A stretch of DNA of 52,804 bases from Actinomycetes bacterium (GTDB taxonomy: Bacteria > Actinomycetota > Acidimicrobiia > Acidimicrobiales > JAJZJN01), in NCBI GenBank assembly GCA_021851165.1, contig JAJZJN010000001.1:1-52804 (forward strand), read 5' to 3'. The position numbers and the translations under genes are program-made. Of the stretch, positions 1 through 12,027 are shown in pieces; positions within the stretch are counted from its first letter, which is position 1; every line of letters begins with the position of its first letter. The notes beneath the pieces were generated by a model. That model was not told the origin of the DNA, did not search any database, and saw nothing but the letters and a program-made list of their open reading frames with translations.

Positions 1-339
1 CGACTGACCCCGGTCGACCAGCAACGTGCCCCACGTGCCTCGTCGTCCGTCACGCGCTCTACCAGCAGAGTTGCCACGGAGCTGGAGATAACGGAGGGTC
101 CGATGCAATTCGAGCCGGCGACATTCGCCGCCTACGGAATAGTCGGGCCGGGGGGCGCATATCCGCCCGATCCCTACAACCCGATCGATGCCGTCTACAG
201 CGCCGCGCGGTTGCTGTGTGAAGATGGGGGAGCTGGCGACGCCGCTGATCTCCGTGCCGCCGTCTACGACTACAACCATTCAGACGCCTACGTGCACGAT
301 GTCATCCAGCTCGCCTCGGCCATCGGCTCGATGCCCTGA
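1..339 (+). CDS. Lytic transglycosylase (SLT-domain) protein, C-terminal fragment; 5' end lies outside the window
   Basis: Frame 1 is open from base 1 to the TGA at 337-339. The translation ...TEGPMQFEPATFAAYG...YDYNHSDAYVHDV carries the GPMQF / YNHSxxY core typical of actinobacterial SLT-type transglycosylases. Confidence 0.7.
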   Translation, partial: RLTPVDQQRAPRASSSVTRSTSRVATELEITEGPMQFEPATFAAYGIVGPGGAYPPDPYNPIDAVYSAARLLCEDGGAGDAADLRAAVYDYNHSDAYVHDVIQLASAIGSMP

Positions 340-354
340 GTCAGCGTTACTTCC

Positions 355-1917
355 TCACCGCAGTGCCACCTGCCCAGGTACTATCGGTGTAGGCAGGGCA
401 CTCTCCCCCATCATCCAACGGTCGACTCCAGCGGCAGCCGAGCGGCCCTCGGCGATGGCCCATACGATGAGGCTCTGACCCCTGGCCATGTCTCCGCATG
501 CAAAGACGCCAGGCCTGCTGGTCTCCCATCCAGGCCCTACCGCGACGTTCCCTCGGGCATCGAGGTCCAAGCCCAGCTCGGCCACGAGGCCGCGCCTCTC
601 AGGCCCAAGGAATCCCATGGCCAGAAGAACCAGGTCACACGGTAGCTCGAAGTCACTGCCCGGAATCTTGTCGAAGCTCGCCCGACCATTGGTCACCTCC
701 TGGCTCACCTGGTAGCCACGCAACGCGCGCACTGCGCCAGCACCATCGTCGACCAGCTCGGATGCCGTGACTGAGTAGAGCCTCTCGCCACCTTCCTCAT
801 GGGAGGACGACGTCCTCAAGATCAAGGGCCATGTAGGCCAGGGATTGTCCGGGGAACGCCATTCGGGTGGTCGGGGCATGATCTCCAGCTGGTGAACAGA
901 CACCGCCCCCTGGCGGTGTGCTGTCCCAAGACAGTCCGAGCCGGTGTCACCACCCCCTATGATCACTACCCGCTTTCCAGCCGCGGACACGGGCGAGCGA
1001 GCGAGCGTGCCTTCACTGACGAGATTGGAGGGCTTCAGGTACTCCATCGCGAAATGGACTCCCGCCAGGTCCCTGCCAGGCACATCGAGGTCCCGCGGCA
1101 CCGTGGAGCCAATGGCCAATACCACGGCGTCGTACTGCGAGATCAGCTCCTCTGCTGTGAGCGCCTGTGACCATCGGCCTGGCTCGGGACTCACCGGGAT
1201 GGTACCGGCGGCAACTTGCCCGCCATCGGCTGGAACGGCATGATCGGTGCCTACCGGGGCACCGACCGATATCCCGCATCGAAATTCGACCCCTTCAGCC
1301 CGCAGCTGTGCCAAGCGCCTGTCAAGCACTCGCTTCTCCATTTTGAACTCCGGGATCCCGTAGCGCAGCAACCCTCCTGGACGCTCTGCTCGCTCGAACA
1401 CCACGACGCCGTGTCCCGCGCGCACCAGCTGCTGAGCACACGCCAGTCCCGACGGCCCTGAACCGACCACCGCAACCGTCCTACCCGTATGCTCCGATGG
1501 TGCAGGGAGCTGGGGCTTCACCCAACCCTCCGAGAATGCACGCTCCGCTATCTCGTACTCGATGTGCTCGATGGTGACAGGCTCCGAGTTGATTCCGAGC
1601 ACGCAGGAACCCTCACAGGGGGCTGGGCACAGCCTGCCCGTGAAGTCGGGAAAATTATTGGTAGCGTGCAGCCGCTCCGCAGCGTCATGCCAGTCTCCTC
1701 GCCAGACCAGATCGTTCCACTCGGGTATCAGGTTCCCGAGGGGGCACCCCTCATGACAGAAGGGGATCCCGCAATCCATGCAGCGAGCACCCTGAGCTCG
1801 GATCTCGTCTTCGGACAGCTCCTCGTAGACCTCACGGTAGTCCCGGACGCGTAGTGCTACCGGCCGGCGATCGGGAAGCCTCCGTTGAAACTCGAGGAAG
1901 CCGGTTACCTTGCCCAT
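355..1917 (-). CDS. gltD: Glutamate synthase (NADPH) small subunit
   Basis: Fe-S Cys cluster motifs (CMDCGIPFCHEGCPLGN, CPAPCEGSC) and two dinucleotide folds (VAVVGSGPSGLA, VVIIGGGDTGSDC). GGAAGG lies 7 nt upstream of the ATG at 1917. The gene sits 16-19 nt downstream of the gltB stop. Confidence 0.95.
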   Translation of the reverse strand: MGKVTGFLEFQRRLPDRRPVALRVRDYREVYEELSEDEIRAQGARCMDCGIPFCHEGCPLGNLIPEWNDLVWRGDWHDAAERLHATNNFPDFTGRLCPAPCEGSCVLGINSEPVTIEHIEYEIAERAFSEGWVKPQLPAPSEHTGRTVAVVGSGPSGLACAQQLVRAGHGVVVFERAERPGGLLRYGIPEFKMEKRVLDRRLAQLRAEGVEFRCGISVGAPVGTDHAVPADGGQVAAGTIPVSPEPGRWSQALTAEELISQYDAVVLAIGSTVPRDLDVPGRDLAGVHFAMEYLKPSNLVSEGTLARSPVSAAGKRVVIIGGGDTGSDCLGTAHRQGAVSVHQLEIMPRPPEWRSPDNPWPTWPLILRTSSSHEEGGERLYSVTASELVDDGAGAVRALRGYQVSQEVTNGRASFDKIPGSDFELPCDLVLLAMGFLGPERRGLVAELGLDLDARGNVAVGPGWETSRPGVFACGDMARGQSLIVWAIAEGRSAAAGVDRWMMGESALPTPIVPGQVALR

Positions 1918-1936
1918 CACACAACCTTCCCGTCAC

Positions 1937-4900
1937 TCACCCGTGTGAGACCGCCATGACGGCTTCCTCCACGGAGGTCCCTCTCTCCAGCGCCTCTGCC
2001 GTAGCCGCTAGAACCCTGCGATAGTCACGCGGCATGACCTTGACCATGTCCCCAGCAGCCGATCCCCAATTATCGATCAGCCGCGTAGCCACGGCCGATC
2101 CGGTCTCGTCGCGATGCCGCTCCAGAATGGTCTCGAGCCAGCGCAGATCCTCTTCGTCCAGCGGTTCCAGGTCAACCATGCCGAAGTTGACCTGGTCGGC
2201 AAAACGCCGGTGTGGATCATGAACATACGCGATCCCGCCGGACATGCCCGCTCCGAAGTTGCGCCCCGTAGGGCCGAGCACGACGACCCTTCCGCCGGTC
2301 ATGTACTCGCATCCATGGTCGCCCACCCCCTCCACCACGGCCACGGCGCCCGAATTGCGAACGCAGAAGCGCTCGCCCACCTGCCCACGGATCAGGACCT
2401 CGCCCGAGGTGGCCCCGTAGAGGACCACATTGCCTGCTATAACCTGCTCCTCGGCTGCAAAACGAGCTTCCTCGGGCGGACGGAGAACCACCCGGCCACC
2501 CGACAGTCCCTTTGCCAGATAATCGTTCGCGTCGCCCCACAGCCGGAGCGTCACCCCTCTTGGCACAAAAGCTCCGAAGCTCTGCCCAGCAGAGCCGGTA
2601 AATGTAAGGTCGATAGTCCCCTCGGGCAATCCCGCGCCGCCATGGCGCCGGGTGATCTCATAGCCAAGCAGGGTGCCCACGGTCCTGTCGACATTGGTTA
2701 TATCCAGCGCGAGCGCGACCTTCTCCCCGCGTTCGATCGCAGGAAGGCACGCGTCGATGAACTGCCGGTCCAGAGCCTTGTCGAGACCGTGGTCCTGAGA
2801 GCGTGTGCAGTGGCGTGCCGGCACTGGTGCCTCGGAGCCGCCGAGGAGCCCCGCGCCAGCGGCAGCCGTACCGTCGATCCCCGCACCGTTCGAAGACGGG
2901 GCAGGCTTCTCCAGCACGGCCGACAGGTCCAATCCCCTCGCCTTGAAGTGGTCCACAGCGCTGATCGAGTCGAGAAGATCCACCCGCCCCACTGCCTCCT
3001 CGATCGAGCGCAGGCCCAGGCTCGCCAGATGCTCTCGCACCTCCTCGGCTATGAACTCGAAGAAGTTCTGGACGAACTCTGGCTGTCCGGTGAACCGCTT
3101 GCGAAGCTCGGGATTCTGGGTCGCGATCCCCACCGGGCAGGTATCAAGGTGACAGACCCTCATCATCACGCAACCCGACACCACGAGCGGCGCGCTTGCG
3201 AAACCGAACTCCTCTGCTCCGAGCAAGGCTGCAACCACAACGTCGCGCCCAGTCTTCATCTGGCCGTCAACCTGGACGACGATCCGGTCGCGGAGCCCGT
3301 TTCTGACCAGGGTCTGCTGCGTCTCGGCCAGGCCGAGCTCCCATGGTATCCCTGCATGCTTGAGCGAGGTCAGTGGGCTTGCTCCGGTTCCCCCATCATG
3401 GCCCGATATGAGCACCACATCGGATTTCGCCTTCGCCACACCTGCCGCCACGGTCCCCACCCCGACCTCTGCAACCAGTTTCACATGGACTCTGGCAAGT
3501 GGGTTCGCCGACTTCAGATCGTGTATGAGCTGGGCTATGTCCTCTATGGAATAGATGTCATGATGCGGAGGGGGTGAGATGAGCCCCACGCCGGGCGTGG
3601 AGAACCGGGTCCGCGCTATCCACGGGTAGACCTTGTGGCCGGGAAGCTGGCCCCCCTCGCCAGGCTTGGCCCCCTGGGCAATCTTGATCTGGAGATCATC
3701 GGCGTTTACGAGGTACTCGCTTGTCACCCCGAAACGGCCGGAGGCCACCTGCTTCACAGCGCTGCGACGGGAATCCCCGTTCGCGTCGACCACGTACCGC
3801 TCTGGATCCTCGCCTCCCTCGCCCGTATTGGACTTGCCTCCTAGACGGTTCATGGCCACGGCCAGGGTCTCGTGTGCCTCTGCCGAGATGGACCCGTATG
3901 ACATCGCCCCTGTCGCGAAGCGCTTAACGATGGACGAGACCGGCTCGACCTCGTCCAATGCAACAGGCTCGAGTGCAAGGGGGTCGCCCGAGGCGGCGGT
4001 TCTCAAGCGCAGCAGGCCGCGGAGAGTGGCGAGCTTCTCGGACTGGTCGTCAACCAGGCGGGTGTACTCCTTGAATACGTCATAGCGCTTGGCACGTGCC
4101 GCATGCTGGAGTTTGAACACGGTGCGAGGGTTGAACAGATGATGCTCACCCTCGCGGCGCCATTGGTACTCGCCCCCGGTCTCCAACTCCCGGTGAGCAC
4201 GCTCGGTCGGGCGTCTCAGATGCGCTGCGGAATGGCGCTCGCACACTTCAGCGGCAAGAGCATCGAGGCCAGCACCGCCTATCCTGCTCGTCGTGCCGGT
4301 GAAATACTCGTCGACGACGTCGCGAGCCAGACCAACGGCCTCGAAAACCTGGGCTCCAGTATAGGAGGCAACCGTCGAGATCCCCATTTTCGACATGACC
4401 TTGACCACACCTTTGCATGCTGCCTTGATATAGCTGGCTCGGGCTTGGCGAGGGGTAACGCCGTCGAGCATGCCACTGGCTATCATGTCATCGATCGTCT
4501 CGAAGGCGAGGTAGGGATTTACCGCCGACGCCCCATAGCCGACGAGCAGCGCCATATGGTGGACCTCGCGGGCGTCCCCGCTCTCGACTACGAGCCCCAC
4601 CCGGCTGCGTGTCTTCTCGCGCACCAGGTGGTGATGCACCGCAGATGTGGCGAGCAACGACGGGATGGGCGCGAGTTCCGCGTCGGAGTTGCGATCCGAC
4701 AGGATGATCACGTTCGCACCTGCCGCTACAGCCTCGCTCACGCGCCGGCGGACCGACTCGATCGCCTCGCGCAGCGCATCCCCGCCACCGCCGACCGGGA
4801 ACAGCCCGTCGATGGCAAACGCCTTGAACCCCGGTGTCTCGCCGTGCTCGTTCACGTAGAGCAGCTTGGCAAGGTCGTCGTTGTCGATCACCGGATATGG

Positions 4901-6646
4901 CAGGACGATCTGGCGCGCAGACCCGGGAGTCGGGTCGAGCAGGTTCCCCTCTGGACCCACCTTGGACAGGCTGGCAGTTACCAGCTCTTCGCGTATCGCG
5001 TCGAGGGGGGGGTTGGTAACCTGGGCAAAGAGCTGGGTGAAGTAGTCGTACAGCAACCGAGGCTTGTCCGACAGCACAGCCAGCGCGGCATCGTTTCCCA
5101 TTGACCCGATCGGCTCCATGGCCGCCTTTGCCATCGGGGTGAGGATGATACGGAGCTCCTCGTTGGTGTAGCCGAAGAGACGCTGGTGCCTCACCACCGA
5201 AGCGTGCTGCGGAGTCAGCATCGCACGTGGAGGCAGGTCATCGAGACCGACCTGCTGCTCGTCAAGCCACTCACCATAGGGATGCTCGCCCGCCAGGGCC
5301 GACTTGATCTCGGCATCGTCCACGATGCATCCGCGCGCGGTGTCCACCAGGAACATCCTCCCGGGCTGCAGGCGACCCTTGCGGACCACCTTGGCCGGAT
5401 CGCACTGGAGAACCCCCACCTCAGACGACAGCACCATGAGGCCGTCGCTCGTGACCCAGTAGCGCACCGGGCGCAGGCCGTTACGGTCGAGCACCGCTCC
5501 TGCCAGGGTGCCGTCGGTGAACACCACCGCTGCCGGGCCATCCCAAGGCTCCATGAGCGATGCGTGATACCTGTAGAACGCCCGGCGGGCGGGATCCATC
5601 TGGGTATGGTTCTCCCATGCCTCGGGGATCATCATCAGCACAGCGTGAGGCAAAGACCGACCACCCAGATGCAGCAGCTCGAGGACCTCGTCGAACGAGG
5701 CGGAATCGCTTCCCTGCGGATCGCAGATAGGGAACAGGCGGTTCATGTCTCCCGGGATGAGGTCGCTTGCAAGCAGGGACTCGCGTGTGCGCATCCAGTT
5801 CCGGTTGCCCTTCAACGTATTGATCTCACCGTTGTGGGCCATGTAGCGATACGGATGCGCAAGCGGCCAGGAAGGGAATGTGTTGGTGGAGAAGCGCGAG
5901 TGGACCAGAGCGAGGCTGCTCACCATCCGCTCGTCGGCAAGATCTGCGTAGAAACCAGCCAACTGGTGAGCTGTCAGCATCCCCTTGTACACGATCGTCC
6001 GGGCCGACAGCGAGACCGGGTAGACGCCGTCCACCTCGTGCTCGATGCGCTTGCGTAGGCAGAAGGCGCGGCGCTCGAGGGCCATGATCTCCTGCTCGGA
6101 GGGATCCGTCGTACCTGTCCAGGCCGACTCCACCACGAACACCTGGGAGAACCCGGGCATCGAAGCGCGCGCCGAATCGCCAAGCAGCGAGTCGTCCACG
6201 TCGAGCTCGCGCCAGCCGAGGATCGCAAGGGCCTCCTCCGCTGCAATCTGCTCTATAGCCACACGCGCCTTGGCTGCGTCGTCGGCCCCCTGAGGCATGA
6301 ACATAATACCCGTCGCATAGCGGCCCAGCCCGGGCAGGTCGAAGCCGACCGTCTCGGCAAGCAGCCGATGGGGCACCTGGGTGAGCAGCCCGGCACCATC
6401 GCCGGTAGCGTCCTCCGCACCAGATGCTCCCCGATGAGCGAGATGCTCCAGAGCCGTCAGTGCTTGTCCTACCAGGAGATGGCTTCGCCTGCCCTCCAGA
6501 TCCGCTACGAGCGCTATGCCGCACGCATCGTGCTCGAAGGCCGGGTCGTACAGCCCTTGCCCGCTCGGTGCTCCAGGCGCGCTCTTGGCTGTCTGGGTGG
6601 GTATCGTCCGGTCGTAGGGGTTATCGGCGTGGGAAAGTGTCGTCAC
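1937..6646 (-). CDS. gltB: Glutamate synthase large subunit
   Basis: Ntn-amidotransferase Cys ([14 protein letters not shown]), FMN/synthase domain and C-terminal GXGXG domain are present. The ORF-track start at 6925 overlaps thiO and encodes Arg/Pro-rich junk. The GTG at 6644-6646 is preceded by GGAG with an 8-nt spacer and is preferred. The ATG at 6737-6739 is an alternative. Confidence 0.93.
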   Translation of the reverse strand: MTTLSHADNPYDRTIPTQTAKSAPGAPSGQGLYDPAFEHDACGIALVADLEGRRSHLLVGQALTALEHLAHRGASGAEDATGDGAGLLTQVPHRLLAETVGFDLPGLGRYATGIMFMPQGADDAAKARVAIEQIAAEEALAILGWRELDVDDSLLGDSARASMPGFSQVFVVESAWTGTTDPSEQEIMALERRAFCLRKRIEHEVDGVYPVSLSARTIVYKGMLTAHQLAGFYADLADERMVSSLALVHSRFSTNTFPSWPLAHPYRYMAHNGEINTLKGNRNWMRTRESLLASDLIPGDMNRLFPICDPQGSDSASFDEVLELLHLGGRSLPHAVLMMIPEAWENHTQMDPARRAFYRYHASLMEPWDGPAAVVFTDGTLAGAVLDRNGLRPVRYWVTSDGLMVLSSEVGVLQCDPAKVVRKGRLQPGRMFLVDTARGCIVDDAEIKSALAGEHPYGEWLDEQQVGLDDLPPRAMLTPQHASVVRHQRLFGYTNEELRIILTPMAKAAMEPIGSMGNDAALAVLSDKPRLLYDYFTQLFAQVTNPPLDAIREELVTASLSKVGPEGNLLDPTPGSARQIVLPYPVIDNDDLAKLLYVNEHGETPGFKAFAIDGLFPVGGGGDALREAIESVRRRVSEAVAAGANVIILSDRNSDAELAPIPSLLATSAVHHHLVREKTRSRVGLVVESGDAREVHHMALLVGYGASAVNPYLAFETIDDMIASGMLDGVTPRQARASYIKAACKGVVKVMSKMGISTVASYTGAQVFEAVGLARDVVDEYFTGTTSRIGGAGLDALAAEVCERHSAAHLRRPTERAHRELETGGEYQWRREGEHHLFNPRTVFKLQHAARAKRYDVFKEYTRLVDDQSEKLATLRGLLRLRTAASGDPLALEPVALDEVEPVSSIVKRFATGAMSYGSISAEAHETLAVAMNRLGGKSNTGEGGEDPERYVVDANGDSRRSAVKQVASGRFGVTSEYLVNADDLQIKIAQGAKPGEGGQLPGHKVYPWIARTRFSTPGVGLISPPPHHDIYSIEDIAQLIHDLKSANPLARVHVKLVAEVGVGTVAAGVAKAKSDVVLISGHDGGTGASPLTSLKHAGIPWELGLAETQQTLVRNGLRDRIVVQVDGQMKTGRDVVVAALLGAEEFGFASAPLVVSGCVMMRVCHLDTCPVGIATQNPELRKRFTGQPEFVQNFFEFIAEEVREHLASLGLRSIEEAVGRVDLLDSISAVDHFKARGLDLSAVLEKPAPSSNGAGIDGTAAAGAGLLGGSEAPVPARHCTRSQDHGLDKALDRQFIDACLPAIERGEKVALALDITNVDRTVGTLLGYEITRRHGGAGLPEGTIDLTFTGSAGQSFGAFVPRGVTLRLWGDANDYLAKGLSGGRVVLRPPEEARFAAEEQVIAGNVVLYGATSGEVLIRGQVGERFCVRNSGAVAVVEGVGDHGCEYMTGGRVVVLGPTGRNFGAGMSGGIAYVHDPHRRFADQVNFGMVDLEPLDEEDLRWLETILERHRDETGSAVATRLIDNWGSAAGDMVKVMPRDYRRVLAATAEALERGTSVEEAVMAVSHG

Positions 6647-6729
6647 AGGGGTCGCTCCGTCGGTTGAAGCACGCGGATGTCGGCTCGGTAAGGCCGCCCG
6701 GGACGACGCTGGCCCTGCTGCGGTAGCCC

Positions 6730-6735
6730 TAGAAT
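6730..6735 (+). promoter_or_regulatory. Candidate -10 hexamer TAGAAT in the gltB/thiO divergent region
   Basis: TAGAAT within CCCTAGAAT, about 28 nt upstream of the thiO GTG at 6763. The same CCTAGAWT string recurs at 27702-27710 and 49406-49414. Confidence 0.3.
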
Positions 6736-6762
6736 ACATGTTGTGACAATGCCCCGGACACC

Positions 6763-8081
6763 GTGCGGTCGATGAGCGCGCGCGGCGGCGCGCCGGACAA
6801 GCCGGCCGCGGGCTATGACGTGGTCGTGATCGGCGGCGGGGCGATCGGTTTGGCCTGTGCCTGGAAGGCCGCCGCCAAGGGGCTATCGGTGGCGCTCGTC
6901 GAGCCGGAACCCGGACGGGGATCATCCTGGGCGGCTGCCGGCATGCTAGCGCCCGTGACCGAGGCGTACTTCGGCGAGGAGGCCTTGCTCGCGCTCAACC
7001 TCGCCTCCGCTCGCCGGTGGCCTTCTTTTGCCGAGGAGGTGGAGGCCGACAGTGGTGCATCGGTAGGTATGCGCACATGCGGAGCTCTCGTCGTCGCGGG
7101 CGACGACGGCGATCGCGCATGGGCCCAGAACCTCTACTCGTTCCAGCACGATCTCGGTCTCGACGTGGAGTGGCTCACCGGGAGCAGGGCTCGGAAGCTC
7201 GAGCCCAACCTCGCCCCTGGCATACGCGGCGCCCTATGGGCCCCGGGCGATCACCAGGTCCACACCCGTAGGTTCATAGAGGCCCTCATGAAAGCAGCAG
7301 TGGCCAGAGGGGTGACGACATACGATCAGTCCGCTGATTCGATTCTCACTGACGGCTCTCGGAGCAATCCGGTGGCGTACACCACGCGAACCAAGGATTC
7401 GACTGGTCGACTGGCTGAACTCGATATCCAGGAGGCAGGAAGAGTCCGGGGGGTCACCCTCACCGGAGGAGTGACGCTCGCTACGGACCGGGTGGTGCTG
7501 GCCGCTGGGACCTGGTCCGCATCCATCGGCGGACTGCCGGCAGGAGCGGTGCCTCCGGTGCGCCCGATCAAGGGGCAGATCCTGAGATTGAAGGGTGACC
7601 CCGCCAGGCCGCTCATGTCGCGCACGGTGCGTGGAATGGTGCGAGGCTCCTTCGTCTATCTAGTGCCCCGCGAGGATGGGACCGTGGTTCTGGGCGCAAC
7701 CTCAGAAGACAAGGGATTCGATACCACTGTCACCACCGGAGCCGTTTACCAGCTTCTTCGCGATTCCCAACGACTGATGCCCGCTACAAGTGAGCTCGAG
7801 CTCATAGAGGCACGCTCCGGGCTGCGACCTGCTTCGCCCGACAACGCGCCCCTGGTCGGCCCCAGCCACCTGGCGGGGCTGGTCCTTGCCACTGGGCACT
7901 ACCGCCACGGCATACTGCTCACGCCTCTGACCGCTGACGCGATATCGGCATACCTCACCGAAGGTGAGGTGCCGGGCGAGGTGGCGCCTTTCACCCCGTT
8001 GCGCTTCGAACCAGATGCAAACCGCCACGTCGACCCGATCCTGCCGGGGGCTGGCACATCCCTGCCGGGGGCTGGCCGACC

Positions 8082-8085
<4 letters not shown>
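6763..8085 (+). CDS. thiO: FAD-dependent glycine oxidase, long form (440 aa)
   Basis: N-terminal [19 protein letters not shown] fold, DAO-family body, and position directly upstream of thiS-thiG with a GTGA overlap at 8082-8085. It is longer than usual: an internal ~25-aa insertion ([28 protein letters not shown]) and a C-terminal duplicated LPGAG(T/R) tail. Confidence 0.85.
8040..8081. repeat. 21-bp tandem duplication (x2) at the thiO 3' end
   Basis: cctgccgggggctggcacatc / cctgccgggggctggccgacc, in frame, encoding [14 protein letters not shown]. Confidence 0.9.
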
Positions 8086-9105
<1,020 letters not shown>

Positions 9106-9223
9106 CGGCTAGCGACCTGCCTCGATGCTCGAGACTCGGGCACCAACGGGCCGGCAGCTGTAGGAATACAACACGTTGCCCCCCTGTTATTAATAATGAG
9201 GCGTTGAGGAGGAGGATTTGGCG

Positions 9224-9553
9224 ATGATGCAATGGGGCGCGTTCTGGCCGCTGCTGATGCTCATTCCGGTGATGATCCTGGTGGGACTTGTCTTCATGGC
9301 AACAGTGATGCGTTCCAGCGGATCAGGGCGGTCCTGCGGTCCCATGGGATGGCGTGTCATGCACGACCGGTCTACCGATAGTTTGCCCGATTCGTTCGAC
9401 GTCGCTCAGGCTCGCCCTGACCCTCTCGAGGTTCTCCGGGAACGTTACGCAACCGGCGAAATAGATCACGATGAGTTCGACAAGCGCCTGGAGGGTCTGG
9501 TCTCCTCGGAGCCTCCGGCCTCGACCCATGCTGCGGGACGCGCTCGTCATTGA
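9224..9553 (+). CDS. Small membrane protein with C-terminal SHOCT domain
   Basis: N-terminal TM helix (FWPLLMLIPVMILVGLVFMATV) and SHOCT-like LEVLRERYATGEIDHDEFDKRLEGL. GGAGGA lies 7 nt upstream of the ATG at 9224. Confidence 0.7.
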   Translation: MMQWGAFWPLLMLIPVMILVGLVFMATVMRSSGSGRSCGPMGWRVMHDRSTDSLPDSFDVAQARPDPLEVLRERYATGEIDHDEFDKRLEGLVSSEPPASTHAAGRARH

Positions 9554-9665
9554 GTATCCATGGTGAAGGTTTGCTACGCGATGTCATCGGCGATGCGCAT
9601 CGGCGAGCGCGGCGCGCCCGACACCGTGGTAAAGCCACGCTGACATCTATATAGTCGAGCCAAGC

Positions 9666-10484
9666 GTGGATCCACCGGTAGCGCTCAGCATTGCCGGTTC
9701 CGATTCCGGCGCCGGAGCCGGCATCCAAGCCGACCTGAAGACGTTCGCAGCGCTGGGCGTGTTCGGGACGTGCGCTATCACCGCGCTCACCGCCCAGAAC
9801 ACAGCCGCGGTCCTTGGAGTGGCTCGAACCGCTACGGACTTCGTGGAACTGCAGATCCAGGCGGTGCTGGCTGATTTCAGGGTAGCGGCAGTGAAGACCG
9901 GCATGCTCGCTACGACGGAGACAATTGCCATGGTCGCTCGAAAGGCAGCAGCCGGGGAACTGCCCAACCTCGTGGTGGACCCGGTGCTCGTGTCTTCCAG
10001 CGGGACTCCCCTGCTCGACTCCGCGGGGGTAAATGCCTATCGCGAGCTGCTCCTGCCCAACGCCTTCGTGGCTACACCCAATCTGTACGAGGCCGCCCTT
10101 CTCACAGGCAGGTCAGCCGGCAGCATCACGGACATGAGGACCATGCGGCAGGCGGCAGAGGACCTTGCCTCACTCGGCATCGCGACCGTCGTGGTAAAAG
10201 GCGGTCATCTAGGCGGCTCCGAGGCTCCGGACATCGTCCTGTGCCGAGGAGAGCTGGCCATCCTCGATGCGCGGCGAACGGCGACGGCCAACGATCACGG
10301 CACTGGATGCAGCCTTTCCTCTGCAATAGCAGCTCGCTTGGCATGGGGCGATGACCCGCTGGAGGCCGCTAGGAAAGCCAAATCCTACGTTACGCGTGCA
10401 ATCCGAGGCGCCAGCGGCTGGAGGCTCGGAGCCGGGCATGGCCCCCTCGACCACTTCGGCTGGAATCCCGACCAGGCGCCGTAG
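9666..10484 (+). CDS. thiD: Hydroxymethylpyrimidine/phosphomethylpyrimidine kinase
   Basis: [28 protein letters not shown] and [12 protein letters not shown] motifs of the ThiD/PdxK ribokinase fold. Confidence 0.9.
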   Translation: MDPPVALSIAGSDSGAGAGIQADLKTFAALGVFGTCAITALTAQNTAAVLGVARTATDFVELQIQAVLADFRVAAVKTGMLATTETIAMVARKAAAGELPNLVVDPVLVSSSGTPLLDSAGVNAYRELLLPNAFVATPNLYEAALLTGRSAGSITDMRTMRQAAEDLASLGIATVVVKGGHLGGSEAPDIVLCRGELAILDARRTATANDHGTGCSLSSAIAARLAWGDDPLEAARKAKSYVTRAIRGASGWRLGAGHGPLDHFGWNPDQAP

Positions 10485-10508
10485 CAGCTGTGAGCCTAGC
10501 ATGGGTCG

Positions 10509-11294
10509 ATGACTTCCGAGGCTGCGAGCGACCATGACCCCGCGGAGCCCCACGGGCCAAGCCAGGATGCCCCGGCCGGCAGGGGACGCACGGAACGTGC
10601 ACGCCAGGCCATTTCTGCACGAGCACATGATCGGCAGGTTGCTGCCGCCATCAAGGGTCTCGATAGGCGGGAGCGTGCGCTCGGATTGGTTGCCGCAGGA
10701 ATGGTGGCTGCCCTGTGGCTGCTGCTTACGGTCCCTACGCTTCTCAATCCCCCGAAGCACCTGAAGAAGGGGCAACTGGATGCGACCCAGATCGGCATCT
10801 ACCTGCTGGTAGGCCTGGCACTGGCGGCGCTGGTGGCTGTTGCGACCCTGCTGCGTCGCCGGGCTCTGCTCGGCTTTGCCGTATTGTTCGCCGGCGCGTC
10901 GTTCGGGGGGCTGTTCCTCCTGGCACTGCCCTTCTGGGCCTTCGGAGCATGGCTCCTCTGGAGAGCATTCATCACACAACGGGCGGCTGGTGCACCGGCA
11001 CATGCGGGTGGTGCCCCCGGCGGCATCCAGCGGAGTCCGGGCCGCGGGGGGCTTCTCGGCGGCATGTTCTCCCGTCGGAGGAACCCGGATGACACTGCCT
11101 ACCCTCACTCTGCGAGTCCTACCCGTGTCGGCGCCAAGTCGGCATCGAGACGCGAGAGGTCCACTGCCACGTCCGACCGCCAGCCGCCGACGCCGTCCAA
11201 GCGCTATACCCCTCCCAAGCCTCCCGCCAGAGCCACGCCCAAGCCTACGCCCAGACGTTCCAGGATGGGCAAGGCCGGGCAGCCGGATTCATAG
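10509..11294 (+). CDS. Hypothetical membrane protein (about 4 TM helices) with a basic Pro-rich tail
   Basis: Clear hydrophobic helices (LGLVAAGMVAALWLLLTV, IGIYLLVGLALAALVAVATLL, LLGFAVLFAGASFGGLFLLALPFWAFGAWLLW). Codon third positions are G/C-rich in this frame. The competing antisense 299-aa ORF is Arg/Pro/Gly junk. Confidence 0.55.
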   Translation: MTSEAASDHDPAEPHGPSQDAPAGRGRTERARQAISARAHDRQVAAAIKGLDRRERALGLVAAGMVAALWLLLTVPTLLNPPKHLKKGQLDATQIGIYLLVGLALAALVAVATLLRRRALLGFAVLFAGASFGGLFLLALPFWAFGAWLLWRAFITQRAAGAPAHAGGAPGGIQRSPGRGGLLGGMFSRRRNPDDTAYPHSASPTRVGAKSASRRERSTATSDRQPPTPSKRYTPPKPPARATPKPTPRRSRMGKAGQPDS

Positions 11295-11329
11295 GACCAC
11301 AAGCGAGGCTGCTTAGGACAACTGCGCTC

Positions 11330-12004
11330 TCATGGCCCCGGCAGCAGCGCCGAGCGGAGCAGGCCGAGGATCTCGGCCCGCCGGCGCACGAGGGAACGGG
11401 CTGTGGGCTCCTCGCCCAACGCCTTCAGGACATCGACCTCGGTCACCATCCCAATCACCGTCGAGTAGATCGCCAGCAGCAGCAGACGTGGCTCGTAGTG
11501 TCGCATGTGCCCTTCGTCCATTTCAGCGATGAGAAAATCCGACGCCCTGACCACCAGCGGGTCGAGGGCGCCGATGAACCTTGCAGCCGCGGGCGGGCCG
11601 AGCCTGCTCACTTCCCGTACCAGCCCCAGGAGCTCTGGCCGGCTCGCCGCAAGACGGAACACCGATCTGACGACGGCCTCCACGCGGAGCCAACCGTCGC
11701 CCGCGCCATCCAATGCTTCCTCCAGCACACCGGCCAGGTCGACCGCGGCCTGGTCGATCACTGCCTCTAGCAGCACCTCCTTTGACGGAAACCAGTACAA
11801 GATGCTCTGCTTGCGCATACCCAGTAAATCCGCAAGGGCGTCGAGCGAGGTACCGTCATAGCCTCTGGAGCCAAATGATCCCATAGCGGCGTCGAGGATG
11901 CGCGCGCGGGTATCACCCCTCCCCTTCGGATTCCCCGAAGCGAGGCCTTTAGCGTTGCTGCCACCTGTAGACGGCTGTGAACGCGGGATGGTCGACATAC
12001 TCAC
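11330..12004 (-). CDS. TetR-family transcriptional regulator
   Basis: HTH region TRARILDAAMGSFGSRGYDGTSLDALADLLGMRKQSILYWFPSKEVLLEAV. Start is the GTG at 12004 or the ATG at 11998. Divergent from the lipid cassette. Confidence 0.9.
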   Translation of the reverse strand: MSMSTIPRSQPSTGGSNAKGLASGNPKGRGDTRARILDAAMGSFGSRGYDGTSLDALADLLGMRKQSILYWFPSKEVLLEAVIDQAAVDLAGVLEEALDGAGDGWLRVEAVVRSVFRLAASRPELLGLVREVSRLGPPAAARFIGALDPLVVRASDFLIAEMDEGHMRHYEPRLLLLAIYSTVIGMVTEVDVLKALGEEPTARSLVRRRAEILGLLRSALLPGP

Positions 12005-12018
12005 CTACCATATGGTAG
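12005..12018. promoter_or_regulatory. Perfect 14-bp palindrome CTACCATATGGTAG, candidate TetR operator
   Basis: Read directly. It fills most of the 23-bp gap between the TetR start (12004) and the FAR-HAD ORF start (12028). Confidence 0.5.
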
Positions 12019-12027
12019 ACAATCGAG

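Noticed and set aside
2114-6058. Long plus-strand ORFs inside gltB (2114-3577, 487 aa; 4103-5104, 333 aa; 5186-6058, 290 aa).
   Set aside because: They are antisense to an unambiguous glutamate synthase gene. Their translations are Arg/Pro/His-rich with no motifs. This is the typical stop-codon-poor antisense-frame artefact of high-GC DNA.
6647-6925. 5' extension of the gltB ORF to 6925 ([13 protein letters not shown]...).
   Set aside because: It overlaps the divergent thiO gene and encodes Arg/Pro-rich low-complexity sequence. A GTG with a GGAG ribosome-binding site at 6646 gives a normal GltB N-terminus.
9106-9217. Rho-independent terminators after thiG and at other convergent gene ends (339-355, 11295-11329, 18441-18479, 23436-23480, 40356-40371).
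   Set aside because: Only 4-5-bp stems without U-tracts are visible. Nothing is convincing enough to annotate.
10209-11108. 299-aa minus-strand ORF opposite the 10509-11294 membrane protein.
   Set aside because: It has no hydrophobic or domain structure and is rich in Arg/Pro/Gly/Cys. The plus-strand frame has clear TM helices and better third-position G/C bias.
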